64,000 nucleotides of DNA from positions 620-64,619 of the forward strand of contig JAGQIK010000677.1 in NCBI GenBank assembly GCA_020431405.1. The letters run 5' to 3'. This document shows positions 57,033 through 64,000 of this stretch, in pieces. This DNA comes from Myxococcales bacterium (GTDB lineage Bacteria > Myxococcota_A > Polyangia > GCA-2747355). The position numbers and the translations under genes were made by a program. Every line of letters starts with the position of its first letter. Within the stretch, counting starts at the first letter, position 1. The notes under the pieces were generated by a model. The model saw nothing but the letters and a program-made list of their open reading frames with translations, was not told where the DNA came from and made no database searches.

Positions 57033-57542
57033 GTGCCCTATCAACCGATCGTCGCCACGCTGGGCTACGTGATGAGCCCCGACGGCGCGCGCGTGCTGAT
57101 GATCCACCGCGACGCGCGCGAGGACGACCACCACCTCGGCAAGTACAACGGCCTCGGCGGCAAGCTGGCGCGCGACGAGGACGTGGTCAGCGGCATGCGG
57201 CGCGAGATCCACGAGGAATCGGGCCTCGAGGTGCTCGAGATGAAGCTCGCTGGCACTATCAACTGGCCGGGCTTCGGCAAGCACGGCGAGGACTGGCTCG
57301 GCTTCATCTTTCGCGTCGAGGCGTTTCGCGGCGAGTGCCTCGAGCGCAGCGCCGAGGGGCGGCTCGAGTGGGTCGAGCGCGAGCGCGTGCTCGATCTTCC
57401 GCTCTGGGAGGGCGACCGCTACTTCCTGCCGCTGGTCTTCGCCGAGCCGCTGCGCCCGTTTCACGGCGTGATGCCGTACGACGGCGGCTCGCCGGTGGAT
57501 TGGCGCGTCAGCTACCTCGATGAGCGACCGACTAGCCGCTGA
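57033..57542 (+). CDS. NUDIX hydrolase
   Basis: Nudix box GKLARDEDVVSGMRREIHEESGL (GX5EX7REUXEEXGU). Probable GTG start at 57033. The ORF-table start 56955 overlaps the divergent lipoprotein gene. Confidence 0.65.
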   Translation: MPYQPIVATLGYVMSPDGARVLMIHRDAREDDHHLGKYNGLGGKLARDEDVVSGMRREIHEESGLEVLEMKLAGTINWPGFGKHGEDWLGFIFRVEAFRGECLERSAEGRLEWVERERVLDLPLWEGDRYFLPLVFAEPLRPFHGVMPYDGGSPVDWRVSYLDERPTSR

Positions 57543-59208
57543 ACGGATAGCCGTGGTGCTGCGCGCCGAGCGAGCGTGCCGTGACGTCGAGCAGCCCCGA
57601 GTCGCGCACGAAGTCGGCGAGGATGCGCATCACGTTGCCGCGCTTGGGGTCTTTGCGGCCGCCGACTTTGGCGAGCTTTTCGAGGGCGCGAACCTGCGCG
57701 TCGTGGGCCTTGATCACGGCGGCCGTGCGCGCGCGGCTATCGCCGATGGCGTGGAAGATCGGATCCTGCGACCACGGGTGCACGAGCATCTTGAGCGCGT
57801 AGTTCTGCTCGACGACGCGCGTGTCGAGCCAGCCCGCGGCGGCGTGCGCGGCGCGCTGCATGGCGTCGGTGTAGCCCTGGCCGCCGGCGCGCAGTCGCGC
57901 GAGGGCGTGGTCGATGCTGCCGTTGTAGTGCAGCTGCGCCAGCGCCTGGCTGGCGGCGCGGTCGCTGCCGCTGCCGACGTTGGCGCGATACCAGCCGTTC
58001 AGCTGGCCGTGCGAGAGCCCATCGCTGCCGCGCGTGGCGCCGCGCTGGATCGCGTCGACGAGCGCCGAACGCTGGCGCGCTTGACCGTCGCGCCCGCCGA
58101 GCGGCAGCTTGAGCGCGCGCAGCTCGTAGCCGTCGATGCCGCGGTCGATGGCGCCGCCGCGGCCTTGGTACATGCCGCTGCGATAGCCGATGGTGGCGAT
58201 CTTGAGCTCGCTGGCGCCCAGCGGCTGCTTGCCGCGCAGATGCTCGAAGAGGCGCGATAGCTGCGCCGGCTTGCTGTAGTCGAAGAAGACGGCGCCGCCG
58301 TTTTCGCTGCGCGTCAGCACGGCGAAGCGCTCGACGGCGAGCAGCTCGAGCGCCAGGCAGCTACGCCGCCAGTGGTCGGCGCGGCGAAAGCTCTGCATCA
58401 GCCCGCGGCCGCTGCGTTTGAAGGTGACGTGGATGTGCTGGCCGACGTCGGCGCGTCCTGGCTGTACGTCCTTGGCCAGCGCCGCGCCCAGCTGCGACAG
58501 CTCCGAGGCCCACTGCTGCCCGCTGCGGTGCACCTCTACGCCGCGCAGCAGCGCGCGGTCGGCTGGCGAACGAAACTCGACGCGCGCGTCGGCGCCGTGC
58601 TTGCCGGCGACGAGCTCGACGTGCGGCATGCTGCGGTCGTGGAAGAACTGCTGCTGCGAGCCGCCGCGGTAGAGCTCGCGCAGGAAGTGCACCTGTCCGC
58701 TCTCGCCGCGGTGGCTGACGGCCGCGAGATCGCCCCAGGTCAGCTCGCGCGCGCTGGACCTCTTGGCCTTGCGCGTGGCCTTGTCGATGACGGCGCGCCC
58801 GGCCTTGCTGCCCCAGATCTTGTCGAGCAGGTGTGGCTCGACGCTGCTGACGAGCTGCTCGCCGTGGCGCAGCTTCATGCGGGCGGCGAGCTTGCCAGTG
58901 AGGTCGAGCTCGAGCTCGACGGTGGCGCGGCTACCGCGTTTGGTCGCTTGCTCGAGCCACACCGCGCGCTTGAAGCGGCCGCTGAGCTCGCGGTCGCCGG
59001 CGCCGCGCACGTGCGGAAAGAGGCGTACGAGGTCGTGCGCGATGGTGCTCGAGCGGCTGCGGCCGCGGCGCTGCTCGGCGTGGATGTGGTCGAGGGCGCG
59101 CGAGATCTCGCGACGGCTCATCAGGCGGCGGGCGGCGGCGGGCGAGGGCGCCAGCAGGACGCTGCCGAGCAGCAACAGCAGGCAAAAACTTCGGCGCAGC
59201 GAGGACAT
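57532..59208 (-). CDS. secreted hypothetical protein (558 aa) with signal peptide
   Basis: MSSLRRSFCLLLLLGSVLLAPSPAAA signal. Complex non-repetitive sequence. The competing plus-strand ORFs 57520..58260 and 58372..59268 have antisense-like Ala/Arg/Gly composition. Medium confidence. Confidence 0.45.
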   Translation of the reverse strand: MSSLRRSFCLLLLLGSVLLAPSPAAARRLMSRREISRALDHIHAEQRRGRSRSSTIAHDLVRLFPHVRGAGDRELSGRFKRAVWLEQATKRGSRATVELELDLTGKLAARMKLRHGEQLVSSVEPHLLDKIWGSKAGRAVIDKATRKAKRSSARELTWGDLAAVSHRGESGQVHFLRELYRGGSQQQFFHDRSMPHVELVAGKHGADARVEFRSPADRALLRGVEVHRSGQQWASELSQLGAALAKDVQPGRADVGQHIHVTFKRSGRGLMQSFRRADHWRRSCLALELLAVERFAVLTRSENGGAVFFDYSKPAQLSRLFEHLRGKQPLGASELKIATIGYRSGMYQGRGGAIDRGIDGYELRALKLPLGGRDGQARQRSALVDAIQRGATRGSDGLSHGQLNGWYRANVGSGSDRAASQALAQLHYNGSIDHALARLRAGGQGYTDAMQRAAHAAAGWLDTRVVEQNYALKMLVHPWSQDPIFHAIGDSRARTAAVIKAHDAQVRALEKLAKVGGRKDPKRGNVMRILADFVRDSGLLDVTARSLGAQHHGYPFSG

Positions 59209-59548
59209 GCGTTTTTATGGAGCAACGGACAGGCCAGCGGCGTTAGTCCGTATAACCGCCGTGAATGAGATGGATCCACGCGTGACGCAGACAGTCGTTC
59301 GCAGCAGCTCGGCCCGCAGCTGCCGGCAGCGTGTGCTGCCGCTGCCCACCGCCTGCAACAACGTAGCGACGTCGCCTGAAAAAGCGGTTGACCCGCTGCC
59401 ATTACCCAGTCAGAATCGTGTAATCCTGCCACCAGAATATATCCGCTGTAACCGTCGCCGGCCGCTGCGCTCGACGTCGAAGGGCGCGGCTGCATCTCAC
59501 CTACTGTCGGTCGTTGAACACCGTGTCGTTGAAAACCGGGAGGGCTGA

Positions 59549-60346
59549 ATGAAACGAGGGATCGTTGTCGCGTTGGTTTCCTTGATGGCAATCGGATGTG
59601 GCGATGAATTTGTTGGAGGTCCCTCACCAACACCCCCCGTGGTTTCCCCGCCGGACATTCCGTCGGGGATCACGACCAATCGCCACCTGCCGACGGTCGG
59701 CGACCCTGGCATTCCCAACGTCTCGCGCCGTGATCGCGAGGTCGATCCCACTCGCGACTTCCTGCTCGACATCTCCGCCGGCGGCGGCATGGTCGTCGAC
59801 CTGGCGCAGCTTCCCGGCATGAGCACCTACAGCGTCGAGATGTGGGTCAACTTCGCTCGCGACGTCGACCAGACGATCGTCGCGTCGCGCGACTTCAAGC
59901 TCGAGCTGCGCAGCCAGCGCCTGCGCGTCGAGATCGGCAAGTACGAGATCCGCGGTCGCGCCGTGCGCCCCAACGCCTGGTACCACGTCGCCGTCGTCGT
60001 CGAGGGTCAGCGCGCGCGCCTCTACATCAACGGCTCGCTGGTCACGCGCGCCTCGCTGCCGGCGGTCACCGACGACGCCATCGGCGCCGCCTTCGTGGTC
60101 GCGCCGGCGCCGCGCGGTCGCGAGTACGCCTTCGCCGGCCGCATCGACAACCTGCGCGTGATCTCCACCGCGCTGACGCAGCAGAACAGCTTCGTCGCCA
60201 ACGGCACGCTGAGCAAGGCCGACGGCGTCGTCTTCGCGTTCAGCTTCGACGGTGGCGAGGCGCCCGGCGAGCGCGTGACGCCGAGCTCGGGCAGCTACAG
60301 CGGCCGCCTCGTGCCGGGCGCCCTCGTCGTCCCCGGCGCGCCCTAA
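59549..60346 (+). CDS. lipoprotein with LamG-like (concanavalin A-like lectin/glucanase) domain
   Basis: Lipobox LVSLMAIGCGD. MWVNF...WYHVAVVVEGQRARLYINGSLV...FAGRIDNLRVISTAL pattern of LamG_3 domains. GGGAGGG RBS. Confidence 0.65.
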   Translation: MKRGIVVALVSLMAIGCGDEFVGGPSPTPPVVSPPDIPSGITTNRHLPTVGDPGIPNVSRRDREVDPTRDFLLDISAGGGMVVDLAQLPGMSTYSVEMWVNFARDVDQTIVASRDFKLELRSQRLRVEIGKYEIRGRAVRPNAWYHVAVVVEGQRARLYINGSLVTRASLPAVTDDAIGAAFVVAPAPRGREYAFAGRIDNLRVISTALTQQNSFVANGTLSKADGVVFAFSFDGGEAPGERVTPSSGSYSGRLVPGALVVPGAP

Positions 60347-60392
60347 CCACTCCTAATCGCTCCTCCCTCCACGGCGTTGCTATAGTGTGGCG

Positions 60393-61832
60393 ATGCCGGC
60401 CTCTCTCGCCCAACGCTTCAAGGACGCGCTGCCCGCGGGCGCCGACTACTGCTCGCTGCGCTTCGTCTCGAGCCGCGACGAGCGGCTCAGCGTGCGACAG
60501 GGCATCGTGCAGCCGGCCTGGCGCCACGAGGACGCCGGCGCGATGGCCTTCGTCGTCGACGGCGCCGGCGCGGGCTACGCCGCCACCAGCGATCTGAGCC
60601 TCGGCGGGCTCTCGCGCGCCTTCGCCGACGCCGCGCGCTGGGCACGGCTCGCGCGCGAGCGCTCGCTCGTCGATCACGCCGCGATCCACTGGCCCGCACC
60701 GCGCGGCGACTACCGCAGCCCCGTCGAGCGCCGCTGGCAGGACCTCTCGCTCGCCGACAAGCTGGCCTTGCTCGGCGAGGTGGCCGAGCCGCTGCATCCC
60801 GACGAGCGCATCGTCGACTGGGAAGCCAGCCTGTGGTGGAGCCGGGTCGAGGTCTGCTACCTCACCTCGCACGGCGCCGAGGCCACGCAGCACATCGAGA
60901 CCATCGTGCCCAACCTCAGCGCCGTCGCGCACGAGGGCGGCGAGACGCAGATCCGCAGCTTCGGCGGCGGCGCCATCTGCCGCCAGGGTGGCCTCGAGGT
61001 GCTCGACGCGGTGGGCTACCGCGAGGCGGCGCCGCGCGTCGCCGAGGAGGCGCTGGCGCTGCTCGCGGCGCCCAACTGCCCCGAGATGCAGTGCGACCTG
61101 CTGGTCGCTCCCGACCAGATGGTGCTGCAGATCCACGAGTCCATCGGCCACCCGCTCGAGCTCGACCGCGTGCTGGGCGACGAGCGCAACTACGCCGGCA
61201 CGACCTTCGTCACGCCGGAGATGTTCGGCAGCTACCGGTACGGCTCCGAGCTGCTCGACGTGACCTTCGATCCGACGCTGCCCGGCGAGATGGCCAGCTA
61301 CGGCTTCGACGACGAGGGGGCCGCCGCCGAGCGCTGCTACGTGATCCGCCGCGGCGTGCTCGAGCGCGGCCTCGGCAGCGTGATCTCGCAGCAGCGCCTC
61401 GGCTTGCCCGGCGTCGCCTGCGCGCGCGCGACGAGCTGGGCGCGCCCGCCCATCGACCGCATCGGCAACCTCAACATCGAGCCCGGCGACGCCAGCCTCG
61501 ACGAGATGATCGCCTCGGTGCAGCGCGGCCTCTTCGTGCGCACCAACTGCTCGTGGTCCATCGACGACTCGCGCAACAAGTTTCAGTTCGGCTGCGAGTG
61601 GGCGCGCCTGATCGAGGACGGCGAGCTCGGCGCGCTGGTCAAGAACCCCAGCTATCGCGGCGTCTCGGCCACCTTCTGGCGAAACCTGGCGCGCGTTGGC
61701 GACCGCTCGACCTACGAGGTGCTCGGCTCGCCCTACTGCGGCAAAGGCGAGCCCAATCAGGTGATCCGCGTCGGGCACGCGTCTCCGGCCTGTCTGTTCC
61801 GCGACGTGGCCGTCTTCGGCGGGATGGACTGA
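60393..61832 (+). CDS. tldD: TldD-family metalloprotease
   Basis: HESIGHPLE (HExxxH), followed by a GxC and a C-terminal Gly-rich beta region characteristic of TldD/PmbA (PF01523). Confidence 0.85.
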   Translation: MPASLAQRFKDALPAGADYCSLRFVSSRDERLSVRQGIVQPAWRHEDAGAMAFVVDGAGAGYAATSDLSLGGLSRAFADAARWARLARERSLVDHAAIHWPAPRGDYRSPVERRWQDLSLADKLALLGEVAEPLHPDERIVDWEASLWWSRVEVCYLTSHGAEATQHIETIVPNLSAVAHEGGETQIRSFGGGAICRQGGLEVLDAVGYREAAPRVAEEALALLAAPNCPEMQCDLLVAPDQMVLQIHESIGHPLELDRVLGDERNYAGTTFVTPEMFGSYRYGSELLDVTFDPTLPGEMASYGFDDEGAAAERCYVIRRGVLERGLGSVISQQRLGLPGVACARATSWARPPIDRIGNLNIEPGDASLDEMIASVQRGLFVRTNCSWSIDDSRNKFQFGCEWARLIEDGELGALVKNPSYRGVSATFWRNLARVGDRSTYEVLGSPYCGKGEPNQVIRVGHASPACLFRDVAVFGGMD

Positions 61833-61843
61833 GAGCGGCCCAC

Positions 61844-63193
61844 GTGAAACGCATCTCGCAGAGCTTCGCGGTCTTGAGCGATCGCGTGTTCGGCGCCCTC
61901 GCCGGCGACGAGGTGGGGCTGCTTTCGGTGGAGGCCGAGACGTCGGACTTCGTGCGCCTCTCGCGCGGCCGCGTGCGCCAGGCCGGCAGCGTCGAGCAGG
62001 CATACCTCGGCATCGAGCTCGCGCGCGGCCAACGCCACGCCGCCGCCACCGTCGCGCTCAGCGGTGACGTGGAGATCGACGCGCGCCGCGCCATCGAGGT
62101 GCTCGACGAGCTGCGGCCGCTGCTCGCCGAGCTGCCCGAGGATCCGTACTTCTGCTACGACAGCTCGGACGCGCGGGAGGAGGCCTGCGACGACGCGCCG
62201 GGCCTCGCCGCGCGCGAGCAAGCGTTGGCCGCGATCTTCGACGCCGCCGGCGATCACGACCTCGTCGGCATCTACGCCGCGGGCCCCGTCTTTCGCGGGT
62301 TCGCCAGCAGCCGCGGGCGCTTCTTGGCGTCCGAGCAGCACAGCTTCAACTTCGACTTCTCGCTCCACGAAAACGGCGCGCGCGCGGTCAAGGGCAGCTA
62401 CGCCGGCTATCGCTTCGAGGCAGACGAGCTCGCGCGCCGCGTGGCCGACGCCGCGAGCAAGCTGGCGCTGCTCTCGCGCCCCGCGCGCGAGGTCGCGCCC
62501 GGCGGCTACCGCGTCTACCTCGCGCCAGCGGCCACCGCCGAGCTCTTGCAGATGCTCTCCTGGGGCGGTTTTGGCCTCAAGAGCTGGCGCACCAAGCAGA
62601 CGCCGCTTCTGCGGCTGGTCGAAGGACAGCGCGAGCTCGACGCGCGCGTGACGTTGCACGAGGGGCGTAGCGGCGGCAGCGACGGCGCCAAGGCACACCT
62701 GCAGTTCGACAACTTCGGCTTTCGCAAGCCCGAGCACTTGACGCTCGTCAGCGCGGGCAAGATCGGCGAGCCGCTCGTCTCGGCTCGCTCGGCGGCAGAG
62801 TTCGACGCCACGCCCACCGGCTGCGGCACCGGCGAGTCGCCGAGCGCGCTGTCGCTCGAGGGAGGCGAGCTCGCGATCGCCGACGCCGGAGCGGCCGTCG
62901 GCGACGGGCTCTACGTCGGCAACTTGTGGTACCTCAACTACTCCGACCGCAGCGCCTGCCGCATCACGGGCATGACGCGCTTTGCCACGTTCTGGGTCGA
63001 AGGCGGAGAGCCAGTCGCCCCGGTGACGGCGATGCGATTCGACGAGTCGATCTATGACGCGCTGGGACCCAAGCTCGTGGCGCTGACGCGCGAGCGCGAG
63101 CTGCTTCTCGACGCTGACACCTACGGCCAGCGCTCGACAGCGTCGATCTGCGTACCAGGGCTCGTGGTCGACGACTTCACGCTGACACTCTAG
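61844..63193 (+). CDS. pmbA: PmbA/TldE-family protein (TldD partner, no HExxxH)
   Basis: Same fold family, immediately downstream (GTG 61844). Conserved C-terminal GLYVGNLWYLNYSDRSACRITGMTRFATFWVEGGE. Lacks the zinc motif, as TldE does. Confidence 0.75.
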   Translation: MKRISQSFAVLSDRVFGALAGDEVGLLSVEAETSDFVRLSRGRVRQAGSVEQAYLGIELARGQRHAAATVALSGDVEIDARRAIEVLDELRPLLAELPEDPYFCYDSSDAREEACDDAPGLAAREQALAAIFDAAGDHDLVGIYAAGPVFRGFASSRGRFLASEQHSFNFDFSLHENGARAVKGSYAGYRFEADELARRVADAASKLALLSRPAREVAPGGYRVYLAPAATAELLQMLSWGGFGLKSWRTKQTPLLRLVEGQRELDARVTLHEGRSGGSDGAKAHLQFDNFGFRKPEHLTLVSAGKIGEPLVSARSAAEFDATPTGCGTGESPSALSLEGGELAIADAGAAVGDGLYVGNLWYLNYSDRSACRITGMTRFATFWVEGGEPVAPVTAMRFDESIYDALGPKLVALTRERELLLDADTYGQRSTASICVPGLVVDDFTLTL

Positions 63194-63203
63194 CGACAGA
63201 CCG

Positions 63204-64000
63204 ATGGGCGAATACGACCTCGAGCCAGGGTCTGTCTTCGCGGGGCGCTACCGTGTGGAGGGCATGATCGGCCGCGGCGGGATGGGCGCCGTCTATCGCG
63301 CCCACGATCTCGCCGTCGGAGACGAGGTGGCGCTCAAGCTGTTGCGCCTCGAAGGGCGGCCCACGGGGCCAGCGATCCGGCGCTTCCAGCGCGAGGTCAG
63401 GCTGGCGCGCAAGGTCACGCACCGCAACGTCTCGCGCACGTTTGATCTGGGACGCGACGGCGAGCGCTTCTACCTGACCATGGAGCTCGTCGACGGCCAG
63501 AGCCTCGCCGAGCTTCTGCGCGCGCAGCGCCGCTTGCCCGTGGCGCAGGCGCTGCGCTACGCAGCCTGCATTGCCGACGGCCTCGCCGCCGCGCACGAGC
63601 AGTCGGTGATCCACCGCGACCTCAAGCCCGGCAATGTGCTCGTCGAGCACCACACCGAGCGTGTGGTGATCACCGACTTCGGCGTCGCGAGGAGCACGAG
63701 CGCTTCGGACAGCGAACCGCTCGGCGCGAGCACCGCCGCGATCGGCACGCTGCACTACATGGCGCCCGAGCAGCTCGCCGGCGCGAGCGTCGACGAACGC
63801 ACCGATCTCTACTCGCTGGGCGTCGTGCTCGAGGAGATGATCCTCGGGCGCGCGATGCAGACCATGCGCGATGGGCTCGCGTTGGCCGCGCCCCTGGGAC
63901 AGCTGGTCGACGCGCTGCGTGCAGCGTCGCCTGACGACCGACCGCGCAGCGCCGCCGAGGTGGCGCGCACGCTGCGCCGCATCGACGCCACGCTGGCAAC
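63204..64000 (+). CDS. Ser/Thr protein kinase, N-terminal part (runs off window end)
   Basis: GRGGMGAVYRA, VALK, HRDLKPGNVLV, DFGVAR, GTLHYMAPE. No stop before 64000. Confidence 0.85.
   Translation, partial: MGEYDLEPGSVFAGRYRVEGMIGRGGMGAVYRAHDLAVGDEVALKLLRLEGRPTGPAIRRFQREVRLARKVTHRNVSRTFDLGRDGERFYLTMELVDGQSLAELLRAQRRLPVAQALRYAACIADGLAAAHEQSVIHRDLKPGNVLVEHHTERVVITDFGVARSTSASDSEPLGASTAAIGTLHYMAPEQLAGASVDERTDLYSLGVVLEEMILGRAMQTMRDGLALAAPLGQLVDALRAASPDDRPRSAAEVARTLRRIDATLA

Noticed and set aside
55500-57523. 654-aa minus-strand and 562-aa plus-strand ORFs spanning the lipoprotein and NUDIX genes
   Set aside because: Low-complexity Arg/Gly/Ala translations. The called genes have a lipobox and a Nudix box respectively.
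60240-62003. 587-aa minus-strand ORF
   Set aside because: Antisense of tldD (HESIGHPLE motif on the plus strand).

Overview
This is a ~70% GC window with the hallmarks of a Myxococcota chromosome: a sigma-70 (RpoD) carrying a long Lys/Ala-rich N-terminal extension, a MYXO-CTERM-like sorting tail on a GH15 enzyme, numerous lipoproteins, and large Ser/Thr kinases fused to STAND NTPase and WD40 domains. Because of the GC content, every frame carries long spurious ORFs, so genes were called from recognisable motifs, signal peptides and start-stop coupling rather than ORF length. No BLAST or other search could be run, so every family assignment rests on motifs read directly from the translations.

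Supported content, in order:
- A TerY-P-like signalling cluster on the minus strand: PP2C-like phosphatase, atypical Ser/Thr kinase with a zinc ribbon, an isochorismatase-family cysteine hydrolase, and a vWA/MIDAS protein that runs off the window start.
- Housekeeping genes: CPBP protease, nadC, birA, an ACP followed by a LolA-like protein, and a TetR regulator.
- A secreted operon of a ceramidase-like protein plus two lipoproteins.
- dnaG-rpoD.
- A collagen-like, tail-fibre-like secreted protein.
- A stable-RNA cluster: tRNA-Met(CAT), a zinc-ribbon coiled-coil protein, and class-A RNase P RNA with tandem 15-bp repeats in its promoter.
- DUF423, a lipoprotein multihaem cytochrome c with 8-9 haems, and GGT.
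- A regulatory trio (two tandem paralogous XRE regulators plus a STAND/LAL-type ATPase-HTH protein) downstream of a 2205-aa lipoprotein made of about 25 Big_2 Ig-like repeats.
- A SAM methyltransferase and an EVE domain protein.
- Pyroglutamyl-peptidase I fused to an unknown N-terminal domain.
- Three tandem paralogous lipoproteins.
- A Ser/Thr kinase joined to a P-loop NTPase, a transmembrane segment and WD40 repeats.
- A GH15 glucoamylase-like enzyme with a MYXO-CTERM tail.
- Assorted small enzymes (VOC, methyltransferase, PfkB kinase, DUF1232, HAD, MBL-fold hydrolase, NUDIX).
- A LamG lipoprotein, a TldD/PmbA pair, and a partial Ser/Thr kinase at the window end.

No CRISPR array, integrase, transposase, PKS or NRPS was seen.

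The candidates that most deserve a second look:
- the TerY-P-like cluster with its embedded cysteine hydrolase (coordinates 1..4293);
- the XRE-XRE-STAND module next to the giant Big_2 lipoprotein (25491..35097);
- the triplicated lipoprotein family (38169..42492) lying between a Pcp-fusion lipoprotein and the kinase-NTPase-TM-WD40 protein.
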